A stretch of DNA of 64,000 bases from Spirochaetota bacterium (GTDB lineage: Bacteria > Spirochaetota > UBA4802 > JAFGDQ01). A program made the translations under genes and the position numbers. Positions 52,006-63,583 of the stretch are shown here, piece after piece (the stretch's first letter is position 1; every line of letters starts with the position of its first letter). The DNA is taken from assembly GCA_043803405.1 (NCBI GenBank), contig JAZDKB010000015.1:1-64000 (forward strand), read 5' to 3'. The notes beneath the pieces were generated by a model. The model saw nothing but the letters and a program-made list of their open reading frames with translations. It was not told the DNA's origin and ran no database searches.

Positions 52006-52437
52006 TCAATAAATATGATAATATGAAACAGCTATGTTTTTATTGAACGGGTTTGCTTCAAAGAAAACATGTTCATTTTTACTTTTAAAGACTGCTTCAA
52101 TAATGCCTAGCATTAATCCGCTGATTGCTCCGCCTGCTACAGTGTAATAAAAATCCTTCGGATCGCGATAGCCTCTCCCCATCCAGTCATCGTATATTAC
52201 CTCCTTGGCTGCTCCGGCAAGAGCGGCCATGCCGATGCTCCATGCTGCAGGATGAACTCTCGATCGATCAAAGACCAGTTCTTCCAGCCTGGGGCAGATA
52301 AAATATGAACCAGCGCCTATAATGATCCCTGCTCCAAGATGAAGCTTTTTGTCCGGCGCAATATGGTACTCTCCATAAATCTCTCCCGAAGCCCCCATTA
52401 AGAACAGGAATACTAATGCAATTATTATAAATCTCAT
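52006..52437 (-). CDS. YfiM-like membrane/exported protein
   Basis: DKKLHL..AKE..D..DPKD pattern. Confidence 0.6.
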   Translation of the reverse strand: MRFIIIALVFLFLMGASGEIYGEYHIAPDKKLHLGAGIIIGAGSYFICPRLEELVFDRSRVHPAAWSIGMAALAGAAKEVIYDDWMGRGYRDPKDFYYTVAGGAISGLMLGIIEAVFKSKNEHVFFEANPFNKNIAVSYYHIY

Positions 52438-52720
52438 AATTTTTTAAATATGTTTTTCATTGCCTTATAATATTAATACCTTCCTGTTATGTATAAATTA
52501 TAAATCGGTCAACCAGATTATATAGATGTTAAACCATAAATAAACTATCGATCGCAACAGCCACCTTCACTCAGGATACATTGTTTAATAAAATAATGAA
52601 AGAGATCAGAAAATTTAATGCAAAAATTAATGCCATTTAATAATTATTGGTTGATCTTTAAACTGATGCTGCTATATACAGGGAACAGGATAATTCAATA
52701 ATATTACACCCTGAGGTATT

Positions 52721-52957
52721 ATGGAATTTAAAGAAGGAGAAATATATTTAAAGCCTGATAAGAACAAACCGGAAAATTATACCTGGATAAAAATTCTCTC
52801 ACCACTGGAAACAAATGAATTGGGAGAGAAATATATAGTCTATGCTGCTTACGATTATAACAAAAAGATCTGGCATAAATACGAAGTGAGACAGTATTCC
52901 TGTAATGAATTTAATAACCAGTTAAAACGCGTTAAATCGGCTGGGAGTGTTGAATAG
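52721..52957 (+). CDS. Hypothetical protein
   Basis: 78-aa ORF with SD GAGG. Confidence 0.6.
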   Translation: MEFKEGEIYLKPDKNKPENYTWIKILSPLETNELGEKYIVYAAYDYNKKIWHKYEVRQYSCNEFNNQLKRVKSAGSVE

Positions 52958-53006
52958 TAATAAAAATACTTTAAGTAGAACACTGATAAACATCTGAAGA
53001 AACAGA

Positions 53007-53912
53007 ATGAAAAAAGATCACATAGACATAAAAGGCTTTCTAATAATACTCAGCATTACGCTTTTATGGGGACTTAATTATTCGGCAATTAAGATATCGA
53101 ACACAGGGCTGTCACCTGTATTCACGTCCTTTCTTCGCTCCGGGATAGCAGCTTTACTCGGAATAATATACTGTTTAATAATAAAAGAAAAAATATTTCA
53201 CAAAGGCATACTGCTTTTTCACGGTATGATAATTGGCATTCTGTTTGGTCTAGAATTTGCATGTTATTACATGGGATTGCTGTACACGGACGCTGCAAGG
53301 TCTGCAATATTTATGTATCTGTCCCCGTTTGTCGTGGCAATAGGCGCGCATATATTCCTAAAGGAAAAGCTAAATGTTGTAAAAACAATCGGACTTGTAC
53401 TTGCCTTTGCAGGAATATATTTTGTATTTAGAGGTAAACCCAGCACTTATAATAAAATGATGCTTGTGGGTGACCTGCTTGCGATTATAGCTGCGCTTTT
53501 CTGGGGAGCCACAACTGTATACATAAAAAAATATCTTGCAGATAAAATTCATCCGATAAATACGTTTCTGTACCAGTTTATCTTTTCCGTACCTGTACTG
53601 CTCATCAGCGCGTTCGTACTGGAAGATAAATGGGTGACAAATTTTAACGGGTATATTGCAGCTTCTATTGTGTATCAGTCCGTGATTGTCGCTTCCGTTT
53701 CCTACTTCATCTGGTTCAGATTAATCCACACCTATCCGGTAGCAAAACTTTCCACATTTACATTTCTAACACCTGTATTCGGAGTGCTCTTCGGGAATCT
53801 GCTGTTCAGTGAAGAACTGACCATTGGCCTCATTTCCGGCCTTGTGCTTGTATGCGCAGGCATCTACTGTTCCAATTACAATAAAAACACAGAAATAATT
53901 CCTAAACCTTAA
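53007..53912 (+). CDS. DMT/EamA family transporter
   Basis: Two EamA repeats, LWGLNYSAIK, PVFGV. Confidence 0.92.
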   Translation: MKKDHIDIKGFLIILSITLLWGLNYSAIKISNTGLSPVFTSFLRSGIAALLGIIYCLIIKEKIFHKGILLFHGMIIGILFGLEFACYYMGLLYTDAARSAIFMYLSPFVVAIGAHIFLKEKLNVVKTIGLVLAFAGIYFVFRGKPSTYNKMMLVGDLLAIIAALFWGATTVYIKKYLADKIHPINTFLYQFIFSVPVLLISAFVLEDKWVTNFNGYIAASIVYQSVIVASVSYFIWFRLIHTYPVAKLSTFTFLTPVFGVLFGNLLFSEELTIGLISGLVLVCAGIYCSNYNKNTEIIPKP

Positions 53913-54116
53913 AACGTGATTATTAAGGTATGTAGCTGACTCATAAGAATGCCACAGAGACACGAAGGCACTGAGTTTAATAATTATTTATAATAATATT
54001 TCAATATTTTACTATAAATTACAGATAATTCTTTAAGCCTCTGTGTCTCTGTGGTAAAAATTTTAGTTCGGAACATCCTCATGCCATGTAATTATTCATA
54101 TTTAACGTTTAGGAAT
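53898..54116. repeat. MITE-like element with nested IRs
   Basis: ATTCCTAAAC/GTTTAGGAAT outer and CCACAGAGACAC/GTGTCTCTGTGG inner. Confidence 0.55.
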
Positions 54117-54238
54117 AATATCTGAAATATTAGGCATAATTTAATACTTGAAAAAAATATACAGATGGCTGTTTCTTGTCTCAATTTTATTGAATGCCAA
54201 AATTTAGATTTTTTTAATAATGTTATAAGGATTATGTT

Positions 54239-56569
54239 ATGCTTCCATACGCCCTTTCCATTTTTCTTTCAGCGTTTCTGGTTTTCGTAGTTGAGCTTTT
54301 AATCGGCAAATTTTTACTTCCCTGGTTCGGGGGTACACCTTCAGTATGGACAACCTGCCTCATGTTTTTCCAGCTTCTTCTCCTGGGAGGGTACGCCTAT
54401 TCATACTGGGTTGCAGGCATAAAAAATCCGCTGAGACAGAGAAATACGCATATTGCGCTTCTCGTTATTTCAATGATATGGATAGCAGTATTTGCAATCC
54501 AGTGCGGTTCGCCGCTTCTCCCTTCTGCAAATTTTCGTCCTGAGGACAGCAGCTTCCCTGTCATTAAAATCGTAGTATTGCTCTTTCTTTCAGTAGGACT
54601 TCCTTTTTTTGTATTATCAGCTAACGGGCCTCTGGTACAGGCCTGGTTCAGCCGCGTTTTTCCGAACGCGCACACATACAGGCTTTATTCGCTTTCAAAC
54701 CTTGGTTCACTTCTCGGCCTTTTGACCTATCCGATACTCATTGAACCTCATTTTAACTTAAAAAACCAGGCTGTAATCTGGACAGCAGCATTTTTGGCAT
54801 TTTCAATCCTAACTGCTTTTTGCGCCATAATGGCCGGAAGAATCCGGATGGTAAAACAATCCGCTGCCCCAAAGAAGGCCGAAGTTGTAAAGACGCCAGG
54901 CGTACCGGGAGAAAAAAAACTTTCACCGCATTTTACCAGGATCCTCTGGATTGTTCTTCCGGCCTGTGCCTCTGTAATGCTGATGGCATCAACTAACCAG
55001 ATGTGCCAGGAGATTGCCGTTATCCCGTTTCTCTGGGTTCTTCCTCTTGTTCTGTATCTCATTTCATTCATCATCGCGTTTGATAATGAGAAATGGTACC
55101 GCAGAAACATCTTTCTCCCTGCTTTTGCATTAGCGGCTATCGGATCATGCTATGTACTTTCCGTGGGATTCAGTGCACCGATTCTTATTCAGATACTGAT
55201 TTACTGTTTTACAATTTTTGTCTGCGCGATGGTATGCCATGGGGAGCTTGCACGGCTGAAGCCGGAAATAACGCAACTGACACTCTTCTATTTGCTTGTC
55301 TCAACCGGAGGAGCTATTGGCGGAATATTTGTTGCAGTCGCAGCGCCTTTGCTCTTTTCCGGTTTCTGGGAATTTCAGATCGGTTTATGGCTTATAGCAC
55401 TCCTCATAATAATTCTTCTTGTAAGAGAAAAAGAATCATGGATATTCAGGAAATATCCATGGCCTGCCGTTCTGGTATTTTTCACATTTGTTGTTCTTAA
55501 ATGGATCTGGGACAAATATGATTCAATTGACTCATTCAGCGAATTTCAGAGTGTTCTTTTTAATAACGGATTTTTCCCAATACTCATTTTTGGCATACTG
55601 TTACTTTTTGCAGTTGATTTTATTTTTAACCGAAAAACCGGCAAAAAAATTCCATGGATAGGGGTATCTTCCCTTTTTGCGTCAGTGATTATTCTCGGCT
55701 GGACCCTTGCAGGCGATATTCAAAAAATGAATCAGAATGCCCTTAAAACAGCTCGCAATTTTTTCGGCGTCCTCAGTATTCAGGAATATAATGCGGATGA
55801 TCCGTCATCTCACCGTCTTAGTATGCAGCATGGACGGATCTCGCATGGAATACAGTACCAGGCAGCGAACAGAAAAAAAATAGTTACAACATACTACCAC
55901 CGTTCAAGCGGCATAGGCCGGGCAATCATTACGCATCCGAAATATACTCATGAAAAAAATATCCGTATCGGCGTTGTCGGACTCGGAGCAGGAACACTTG
56001 CGGCTTACGGAAGACCAGGGGACTATTTCAGATTCTATGAAATAAATCCTCACGTGGCAGAAGCTTCTTTTGGTAAAATGGCCAGCTTCTCCTTTCTTAA
56101 TGACTGCAAGGGAAAAGTTGACCTGGTTATGGGTGATGCAAGAATTTCGATGGAAAGAGAACTCAGGGAAAATAAGAGACAGAATTTTGACGTACTTGCA
56201 ATCGATGCATTCAGCAGCGATTCTATTCCGGTGCATCTTTTAACCAAAGAAGCGATCGATATCTATTTTCAGCATCTTAACAGGGACAGGGGAATTCTCG
56301 CACTTCATATTACCAACAGGCACCTCAACCTCCAGCCGATAGTCTCGCAGTTATCGGATTCGATCGGTTTAAAAACTGTTCTCATCGATGACAATACAAC
56401 TACAACCGGAGAATGGAAAAATACCTGGATGCTTCTCTCAAAAAACAGGAAAATTCTTCAAAGTACATTGATCGCCAATGCATTGTCGAAAATGGGAAAA
56501 AACAATAAAAAATTCAGACCATGGACAGATGACTACAGCAACCTGTTCCAGATAATCAAATACAATTGA
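54239..56569 (+). CDS. Fused multi-TM / spermidine synthase-like methyltransferase
   Basis: LPWFGGTPSVW, CHGELA, VVGLGAGT, YEIN, GDAR, DAFSSDSIPVHLLT, WTDDYSN. Confidence 0.9.
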   Translation: MLPYALSIFLSAFLVFVVELLIGKFLLPWFGGTPSVWTTCLMFFQLLLLGGYAYSYWVAGIKNPLRQRNTHIALLVISMIWIAVFAIQCGSPLLPSANFRPEDSSFPVIKIVVLLFLSVGLPFFVLSANGPLVQAWFSRVFPNAHTYRLYSLSNLGSLLGLLTYPILIEPHFNLKNQAVIWTAAFLAFSILTAFCAIMAGRIRMVKQSAAPKKAEVVKTPGVPGEKKLSPHFTRILWIVLPACASVMLMASTNQMCQEIAVIPFLWVLPLVLYLISFIIAFDNEKWYRRNIFLPAFALAAIGSCYVLSVGFSAPILIQILIYCFTIFVCAMVCHGELARLKPEITQLTLFYLLVSTGGAIGGIFVAVAAPLLFSGFWEFQIGLWLIALLIIILLVREKESWIFRKYPWPAVLVFFTFVVLKWIWDKYDSIDSFSEFQSVLFNNGFFPILIFGILLLFAVDFIFNRKTGKKIPWIGVSSLFASVIILGWTLAGDIQKMNQNALKTARNFFGVLSIQEYNADDPSSHRLSMQHGRISHGIQYQAANRKKIVTTYYHRSSGIGRAIITHPKYTHEKNIRIGVVGLGAGTLAAYGRPGDYFRFYEINPHVAEASFGKMASFSFLNDCKGKVDLVMGDARISMERELRENKRQNFDVLAIDAFSSDSIPVHLLTKEAIDIYFQHLNRDRGILALHITNRHLNLQPIVSQLSDSIGLKTVLIDDNTTTTGEWKNTWMLLSKNRKILQSTLIANALSKMGKNNKKFRPWTDDYSNLFQIIKYN

Positions 56570-56618
56570 TTATACCCGATCCTGTTACAACTATAATTCA
56601 AATGAACAACTAATAATT

Positions 56619-57704
56619 TTATTCCGCGACGCAAACATTATTCCTACCTTCAGTCTTTGCTCTATACAATGCCCTGTCAGCATTATAGATCAGGAAACTA
56701 AGGTCCTTATCGAAATCCGGCGTACAGACAGCAACACCGAAACTGGCTGTAATTTTAATTATATCTTCAGTTTCATCTATGTGGAATTCCGTTTTTTCAA
56801 TTTTATGTCTCATCCTTTCCACTATAGCGCATATTTTTTCATTATTAGTATCCGAAAGACAAATAAGAAATTCTTCTCCCCCATATCTTGCAATAAAATC
56901 ATAAGTCCTGGACATTCCTAAGAGACATTTTGAAAATCTCTGCAATACAGCGTCCCCGGCCTGGTGACCGTAGATATCATTAATCTTTTTAAAATGATCA
57001 ATATCTGTCATTATCAAACCTATGGATTTTCTGGTTCTGCGGCTTCTTTCAAGTTCCAAATCGAATCTTTCCGAAAAAGCCCTTCTGTTAAGAACGCCGG
57101 TAAGGTAATCCATTGAAGCATTCCTTTCTGCCTCAGCCCTTGCTTTCTTCAGCTCTTCCTCATTTTTATAATATGCAAAGATCTCCTTATCTATAATAAC
57201 ATTGAAATCCTTAAGAGCCTGTTCAGTTTCTTCAATAATTTTTTCTTTTTCCTTCAGTTGTGTTTCAATATCCGTGTTCAGCTTGGCAAGATTATAATTA
57301 TTTTTTTTCATAAAGCGCAATTTCAGATGAATATCGATGCGGTTAAGAACTTCATTAATATTAAAAGGTCTTGTTAAATAATCAACGCCTCCGGAGGTGA
57401 ATATTTTGTCCTTGTTTTCAACAGTTTCATTTCTGCAGATATAAATAATCGGTATATCAGCCAGTTTCTCATTTTCCTTTAGCATTTTGCAGATCTCATA
57501 CCCGTCTGTTTCTGAAATATCTATTTTAAGTAAAAATAAATCGGGCGGGTTTTCCAATGCGGACTGCTTTGCTGAAAGTCCGTTGGAAACGCTTCTCACG
57601 TTATAACCGTTCTCCCTCAGCATAATAGTCAGGAGATTAATGATGGACGGAGAATCGGATATAAGAAGTATACCGGCGTTAGTTCTAAATCCCGATTCGT
57701 GCAT
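56619..57704 (-). CDS. Receiver-GGDEF diguanylate cyclase (atypical receiver)
   Basis: REC-like N-terminus, coiled coil, RTYD I-site, GGEEF. Confidence 0.9.
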   Translation of the reverse strand: MHESGFRTNAGILLISDSPSIINLLTIMLRENGYNVRSVSNGLSAKQSALENPPDLFLLKIDISETDGYEICKMLKENEKLADIPIIYICRNETVENKDKIFTSGGVDYLTRPFNINEVLNRIDIHLKLRFMKKNNYNLAKLNTDIETQLKEKEKIIEETEQALKDFNVIIDKEIFAYYKNEEELKKARAEAERNASMDYLTGVLNRRAFSERFDLELERSRRTRKSIGLIMTDIDHFKKINDIYGHQAGDAVLQRFSKCLLGMSRTYDFIARYGGEEFLICLSDTNNEKICAIVERMRHKIEKTEFHIDETEDIIKITASFGVAVCTPDFDKDLSFLIYNADRALYRAKTEGRNNVCVAE

Positions 57705-57719
57705 TATTGCTGTTCCTTT

Positions 57720-57950
57720 ACCTTTTTTCTTGTGATCTTAAATACCAGCTTAAATCTCTGGCTATACTTGTTGAAGTCAAAGCAAGGACAGCCGGATCGG
57801 TATAGTTTCTTCTCTTCGCACATACGTATGCCTGCTCAAATTTATAATCATCACCGGCTAAAGCGCCGATAAAGGAAATATTTATTTTATTCCTTAATGT
57901 AAATTATTTCTTCCGCTTTCACGCTCATTTCGTCAACTAAAATAATTCCT
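57720..57950 (-). pseudogene. Frameshifted FIST-domain-like remnant
   Basis: ILVDEMSVKAEEII [frameshift] ISFIGALAGDDYKFEQAYV..DPAVL resembles FIST GGxAGD motif. Confidence 0.4.
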
Positions 57951-58165
57951 ACATATCTTTCAGGATGTCAGGCTGCCGTCCGCCGCTTATAAAATAAATC
58001 CTGTTTTCAGTAATTAAAAATGCTTGATCTTTTTCATTGTAAAAGCAATTTTTGCAAAATTCCATATTGATCGAAGCTGCAAATGAACACTGATACTCGT
58101 TTAAAAACAGCCGGTAAAAGGAATTTAATTTTTTAAGAATGGATAAAGATAAAACGGCAAAATAA

Positions 58166-59668
58166 ATGATAAAGATTTCCGGGTTAAATAAAGCATTCAG
58201 AGAACAGGTGCTTTTCGATGATTTAAGCCTTAGTGTAAACCGCGGCGAAAAGATAGGCCTTGTAGGACGGAACGGGCATGGGAAATCCACATTGTTCCAG
58301 ATGATACTGGGGAATATCGATGCAGATTCCGGTACTATTTCGGCTCCGAAAAATTACCGCATAGGGCACCTGGAACAGCATCTTCATTTTAGTAAACCGA
58401 CAGTTCTGGAAGAATGCTGCCTTGGCCTTCCGCCTGATGAAGAATACGAGACATGGCAGGCTGAGAAAATACTATCAGGGCTCGGCTTTTCCGAACCAGA
58501 TTTGGAAAGAGCGCCGTCCGAGTTTTCGGGCGGATACCAGATACGCATGAACCTAGCAAAGCTTCTTGTTTCGCGGCCCGATATGCTTATGCTCGATGAG
58601 CCGAATAACTATCTTGATATCGTTGCAATAAGATGGCTGGAGGACTTTTTAAAATCATGGGAAGGCGAATTTATTCTTATAACACACGACAGGAGTTTCA
58701 TGGACAGCGTTGTTACACATGTGGCAGCCATACACCGTACAAAAGCCAGAAAAATAGAAGGCGATACAGAGAAGCTCTATAGCCTGATAAACCAGGAAGA
58801 AGAGATATACGAAAAAACTCGTCTTAATGAAGCAAAGAAACGCAGGCAGGAAGAGATGTTCATAGCACGCTTCAAAGCGCGGGCGAGTTTTGCAAGCCGT
58901 ACGCAGTCCCGCGTAAAAAAGCTCGAGAAGCAGGGCGAAATGAAAGCTCTTGACAACATTGAAGACCTTGAATTGTATTTTAACAGCGCAGATTTTGCCG
59001 CAAGCCAGATGATGTCCGCGGAGAATATATCCTTTTCGTATAACGGCAAGGAACCTTTTCTGATTGACGGCTTTTCAATCGGCATAGGAAGGCGCGACCG
59101 CGTCTGCATAATTGGAAAAAACGGCAAGGGAAAATCGACGCTGCTTAAGCTTCTTGCAGGAGAACTGAAACCGGTCAGCGGGCGTATCAATAAACATCCT
59201 GTATTAGAAGAAGGATATTTCGGGCAGACAAATAAAATCGATCTTGATGATAAAAAGACGATCGTTGAGGAATTAAGAAGCGCAGATAAAGCATGCAGCG
59301 AATACAAAGCAAGATGCATAGCAGGCGGGCTCATGTTCTCGGGAGACAACGCCCTAAAAAAGATAAAGGTATTATCCGGGGGAGAAAAAAGCAGGGTGCT
59401 GCTTGGAAAAATTCTTGTGACCCCATGCCATATCCTGTTCCTTGATGAACCGACGAATCATTTGGATATGCAGTCTTGCGATTCCCTGATCGAAGCAATA
59501 GACAATTTTGATGGCTCTATGGTAATGGTTACTCACAACGAAGCGCATTTGAGAGCGGTTGCCACAAAGCTTATTGTCTTCGATAATGATACAATAACAG
59601 TATACACCGGCACTTACGATGAATTCCTGAACGATATAGGCTGGTCGGATGAGGAACTAAAAATTTAG
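58166..59668 (+). CDS. ABC-F family ATPase
   Basis: Two ABC domains ([16 protein letters not shown]), no TM segments, inter-domain linker. Confidence 0.93.
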   Translation: MIKISGLNKAFREQVLFDDLSLSVNRGEKIGLVGRNGHGKSTLFQMILGNIDADSGTISAPKNYRIGHLEQHLHFSKPTVLEECCLGLPPDEEYETWQAEKILSGLGFSEPDLERAPSEFSGGYQIRMNLAKLLVSRPDMLMLDEPNNYLDIVAIRWLEDFLKSWEGEFILITHDRSFMDSVVTHVAAIHRTKARKIEGDTEKLYSLINQEEEIYEKTRLNEAKKRRQEEMFIARFKARASFASRTQSRVKKLEKQGEMKALDNIEDLELYFNSADFAASQMMSAENISFSYNGKEPFLIDGFSIGIGRRDRVCIIGKNGKGKSTLLKLLAGELKPVSGRINKHPVLEEGYFGQTNKIDLDDKKTIVEELRSADKACSEYKARCIAGGLMFSGDNALKKIKVLSGGEKSRVLLGKILVTPCHILFLDEPTNHLDMQSCDSLIEAIDNFDGSMVMVTHNEAHLRAVATKLIVFDNDTITVYTGTYDEFLNDIGWSDEELKI

Positions 59669-59777
59669 AATACTTAGAGCCTATTTTACTTGATAATTCC
59701 AGTATTAGCTAAAAGGATAATATCTATAGCACAATTATAAATCTACTGAAATTGATACTTAATCGAAATAATCATTT

Positions 59778-60668
59778 ATGTCAAAATCAGATTTCCATTC
59801 TATTGTTCGTATTGGCGTTTCGGTAAACGGCCAGACGGTTTTTGAATTTTTATGCAGCAGCTTTCCGAAAATCTCCAGGTCCGTCTGGCAGAACAGAATT
59901 GAGTCCGGCAATGTATCTTACGAAAATTCAAAACCGGTTGAGATGCCGGATACCGCAGCAGCAGGGATGAAAATATATTATTACAGAGAAGTCGAAAACG
60001 AAACCGTTATTCCATATAAAGAAAAAATTCTTTTCGCTGATGAGCACATACTGGTAGCTGACAAACCCCATTTTCTTCCTGTTGCCCCGGCAGGGAAATA
60101 TGTAAATGAGACGCTTTTAAACAGACTGAAAAAAAACACAGGCATTGACAACATGGTTCCCGTAAACAGGCTTGACCGTGAGACAGCCGGCATTGTTCTT
60201 TTTTCCATAAACAGTCGTTCAAGAGATGCTTACTATAATCTGTTCAGAAAAAGACTTGTTCATAAAACATATAAAGCAGTCTCTCCGGAAAATCCAGCTG
60301 TCAAAGGCAATAAGTGGCGAATCGAGAACAGGCTTGTTCAGGGCGATCCGTGGTTCAGGATGAAATGTTATAATGGGAATGTTAACAAAGGTAACGAAGT
60401 TAATGCTATAAGCAATATAATTTTAGAAAAATGCGACAATGGTTTTTGCTATTTTACTATTCATCCCGAAACCGGGCAAAAACATCAATTGAGAGTGCAT
60501 TTGGCTTTACTTGGATACCCCATCTTAAACGACAGATTTTATCCGGTTCTTTTTCCGGAAGAAGCAGATGATTTTTCAAAACCATTAAAGCTGCTCGCAG
60601 AAAAGATATGTTTTAAAAGCCCTCTGACCGGGCATCTGCAGGAGTTTGAAACAGAGCAGCACCTGTAA
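59778..60668 (+). CDS. RluA-family pseudouridine synthase
   Basis: DKPHFLPV, NRLDRETAG, TGQKHQLRVH. Confidence 0.92.
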   Translation: MSKSDFHSIVRIGVSVNGQTVFEFLCSSFPKISRSVWQNRIESGNVSYENSKPVEMPDTAAAGMKIYYYREVENETVIPYKEKILFADEHILVADKPHFLPVAPAGKYVNETLLNRLKKNTGIDNMVPVNRLDRETAGIVLFSINSRSRDAYYNLFRKRLVHKTYKAVSPENPAVKGNKWRIENRLVQGDPWFRMKCYNGNVNKGNEVNAISNIILEKCDNGFCYFTIHPETGQKHQLRVHLALLGYPILNDRFYPVLFPEEADDFSKPLKLLAEKICFKSPLTGHLQEFETEQHL

Positions 60669-60790
60669 TTATTTTTTATTCTTGCCGTAAATCTAATAAA
60701 ATATAAATACCGGTTTAAAATATATTCCAGCTGATTAAAAATTATATTATTATTTTGTGATATAGACTTTTAAATAATTGAGGAATAAAA

Positions 60791-63082
60791 ATGTCAGTTA
60801 ATAAAAACATCCAAATAGTAAGTAAAGAACTCAATATTAAAGACGAGCAGGTTGAAGCAGTAGCTGCCCTGTTATCCGAAGATTCGACCATACCATTTAT
60901 AGCGCGTTACAGGAAAGAAGCAACCGGAGGGCTTGATGAAGTTCAGATTGCTGCAATAAGAGACAGATTGGAACAGCTGGACGAACTCGATAAAAGAAGA
61001 GAAGCCATTCTCAAGTCTATGAAGGAAATGGATAAGCTTACTCCGGAACTCGAAAAAGAAATTATTGCAGCAGAGACACTTGCGAAGCTTGAAGATATTT
61101 ATCTTCCCTTTAAGCCGAAAAGAAAAACCAGGGGAAGCGTAGCAAAGGAAAAAGGCCTGGAGCCGCTTGCCGAACTTATATTCTCACAGAAAAAAATCGA
61201 CCTTGAGAAAACCGCAACAGAATATATAAATACAGAACTTGGAGTGAACACATCCGAGGACGCTCTTCAGGGGGCAAGGGATATTATTGCTGAATGGATA
61301 AATGAAAACAGTCTTGCCAGGGAACATGTCCGCAATCTGTTCGCAAAAAGTTCATCTATGTCCTCAAAGATAATTAAAGGAAAAGAGAAAGAAGGCGGTA
61401 AATACCGCGACTATTTTGACTGGTCGGAATCAGTTGTAAATGCGCCATCGCACAGAATACTGGCGTTGCTCCGCGGCGCAGAAGAAGGATTTCTCTCCGT
61501 GCACTTTCTTCCTGAAGAGGACGAAGCCGTAGCTATTCTGGATAGAGAATTCATTAAAGCCGATAATTCTTCGTCAGAGCAAATAAAGCTTACAGTCAAA
61601 GACAGTTATAAGCGGCTCATGGGGCCGTCCATGGAAACCGAAATGCGCTCCATATTAAAAAAACGGGCCGATGTTGAAGCGATAAAAGTATTTTCGGATA
61701 ATATAAGAGAGCTGCTCCTTGCGTCGCCTTTGGGACAAAAATCCGTGCTCGCGCTTGACCCGGGGCTTAGAACCGGGTGCAAACTTGTGTGCCTCAGCAG
61801 GCAGGGAACTCTTCTCCACAATGAGGCGATCTATCCGCTAGAGCCTCATAACAAAAAAACTGAATCAGCTAAAATTATAAAAGAACTTTGTGAAAAATAT
61901 AAAATTGAAGCAATATCGATAGGAAACGGCACCGGAGGAAGAGAAGCTCTCGCGTTCTGCAATGAACTTGGACTTGAAAATATAATCATTACAATGGTTA
62001 ATGAAAGCGGAGCGTCAGTATACTCGGCTTCGGAAACAGCGCGTAAAGAGTTCCCGGATTACGATGTTACGGTAAGAGGCGCCGTCTCCATCGGTAGAAG
62101 GCTCATGGATCCGCTTGCGGAGCTTGTAAAGATCGATCCGAAAGCTATCGGGGTTGGACAGTATCAGCATGATGTGGATCAGAAGGATCTGAAAAAATCG
62201 CTCGATGATGTTGTGGCAAGCTGCGTAAACTCGGTGGGCGTAGAGGTAAATACTGCAAGCGGCCACCTGCTTCAGTATGTTTCCGGTCTTTCGGCAAGGA
62301 TGGCGGACAGCATCATTGAGATCAGGACCAGGAACGGCCCTTTCAAATCGCGGGCAGAACTGAAAGAAGTCCAGGGAATGGGCCCGAAAACTTATGAACA
62401 GGCAGCAGGTTTTCTGCGCATCAGGGATTCGGAAAATCCGCTGGACCGGAGCGCGGTTCATCCTGAAAGCTACAGGATAGTTGAGCAAATGGCTGCCGAT
62501 CTTTCATGCACTGTAACCGACCTGATAAACGACAGTTCCCTTAGAGATAAGATCAGGCTTAAAAATTATATAACCGAAAGCGTCGGCCTCCCTACCCTAA
62601 TGGATATCGTAAATGAACTCGCAAGGCCCGGAAGAGATCCGCGCAAAGAATTCGAACTATTCAGCTTTTCAGAAGGAGTGCATCAGATATCGGATCTTGA
62701 ACCCGGCATGAAGCTACCCGGTATTGTAACAAATGTTACGGCATTCGGAGCATTTGTCGATGTGGGAGTGCATCAGGACGGGCTTGTGCACATAAGCCAG
62801 CTTTCGGATGGATATGTCAACAGCCCTGCTTCGGTTGTTAAAGTGCATCAGAAAGTTAATGTTACTGTAATGGAAGTTGATGTTGAAAGGAAAAGAATAT
62901 CCTTATCCATGAAAAGCGATCCAATGAATCCGGAAATAAAAAAAGAAAAGAAGAAAGAACGTACAGAAAAAAAACAGCATGCCGGGAAAAATAAATCAGC
63001 AGAGAAAAAGAATAATAACAGGAATAACCAGCCTGGAAAAGTTCTTCCGTTCGCAGGCCTTGCAAATTTACTGAAGAAATAA
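60791..63082 (+). CDS. tex: Tex transcription accessory protein (YqgF-like, HhH, S1)
   Basis: TIPFIARYRKEATGGLDE, DPGLRTGCK, ESGASVYSAS, GVGQYQHDV, S1 domain. Confidence 0.96.
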   Translation: MSVNKNIQIVSKELNIKDEQVEAVAALLSEDSTIPFIARYRKEATGGLDEVQIAAIRDRLEQLDELDKRREAILKSMKEMDKLTPELEKEIIAAETLAKLEDIYLPFKPKRKTRGSVAKEKGLEPLAELIFSQKKIDLEKTATEYINTELGVNTSEDALQGARDIIAEWINENSLAREHVRNLFAKSSSMSSKIIKGKEKEGGKYRDYFDWSESVVNAPSHRILALLRGAEEGFLSVHFLPEEDEAVAILDREFIKADNSSSEQIKLTVKDSYKRLMGPSMETEMRSILKKRADVEAIKVFSDNIRELLLASPLGQKSVLALDPGLRTGCKLVCLSRQGTLLHNEAIYPLEPHNKKTESAKIIKELCEKYKIEAISIGNGTGGREALAFCNELGLENIIITMVNESGASVYSASETARKEFPDYDVTVRGAVSIGRRLMDPLAELVKIDPKAIGVGQYQHDVDQKDLKKSLDDVVASCVNSVGVEVNTASGHLLQYVSGLSARMADSIIEIRTRNGPFKSRAELKEVQGMGPKTYEQAAGFLRIRDSENPLDRSAVHPESYRIVEQMAADLSCTVTDLINDSSLRDKIRLKNYITESVGLPTLMDIVNELARPGRDPRKEFELFSFSEGVHQISDLEPGMKLPGIVTNVTAFGAFVDVGVHQDGLVHISQLSDGYVNSPASVVKVHQKVNVTVMEVDVERKRISLSMKSDPMNPEIKKEKKKERTEKKQHAGKNKSAEKKNNNRNNQPGKVLPFAGLANLLKK

Positions 63083-63254
63083 TTCAGTCTACCGCGTCTG
63101 GCTAATAACGATATATTCGATAAGCAATATCGGTATACACAATAATTGATCCCATACAGGCATTTTTTAACTACTCTTTAGAGACAGCTTTATCAGATGA
63201 TTGGACGGAGTAGAAACCAGCGGAAATTAGTAATCCAATTCTAAATCACTCAGG

Positions 63255-63311
63255 TTGACTGACTTTTTTAGCAAAACTACATAGACGAACCGATAAAAAA
63301 AAGTCAGCCAA
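63255..63311. repeat. Intergenic inverted repeat
   Basis: TTGACTGACTTTTTT / AAAAAAGTCAGCCAA. Confidence 0.5.
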
Positions 63312-63583
63312 GTTGAATAAATTACAATATTTAAATTTTATAAAAAAATTCAAGTTAATCTTGCCGTTTACTAAACTCTTTTATATATTTAGATGATAAA
63401 TTTAAAAGATTTGCTTAATGTTTTTCAATAAATGTTTAATTTTACCGGTTTTACAGCTATTAGCTTATCAGGATTTTTTAATCAAGATATCAAGATGTTA
63501 TAAAAGTAATATGCATTAAATGGTCTTATTCAGCTAACATAATTTTAAACAATTCATATTTAATATTAAAACGGAGAAAAATT

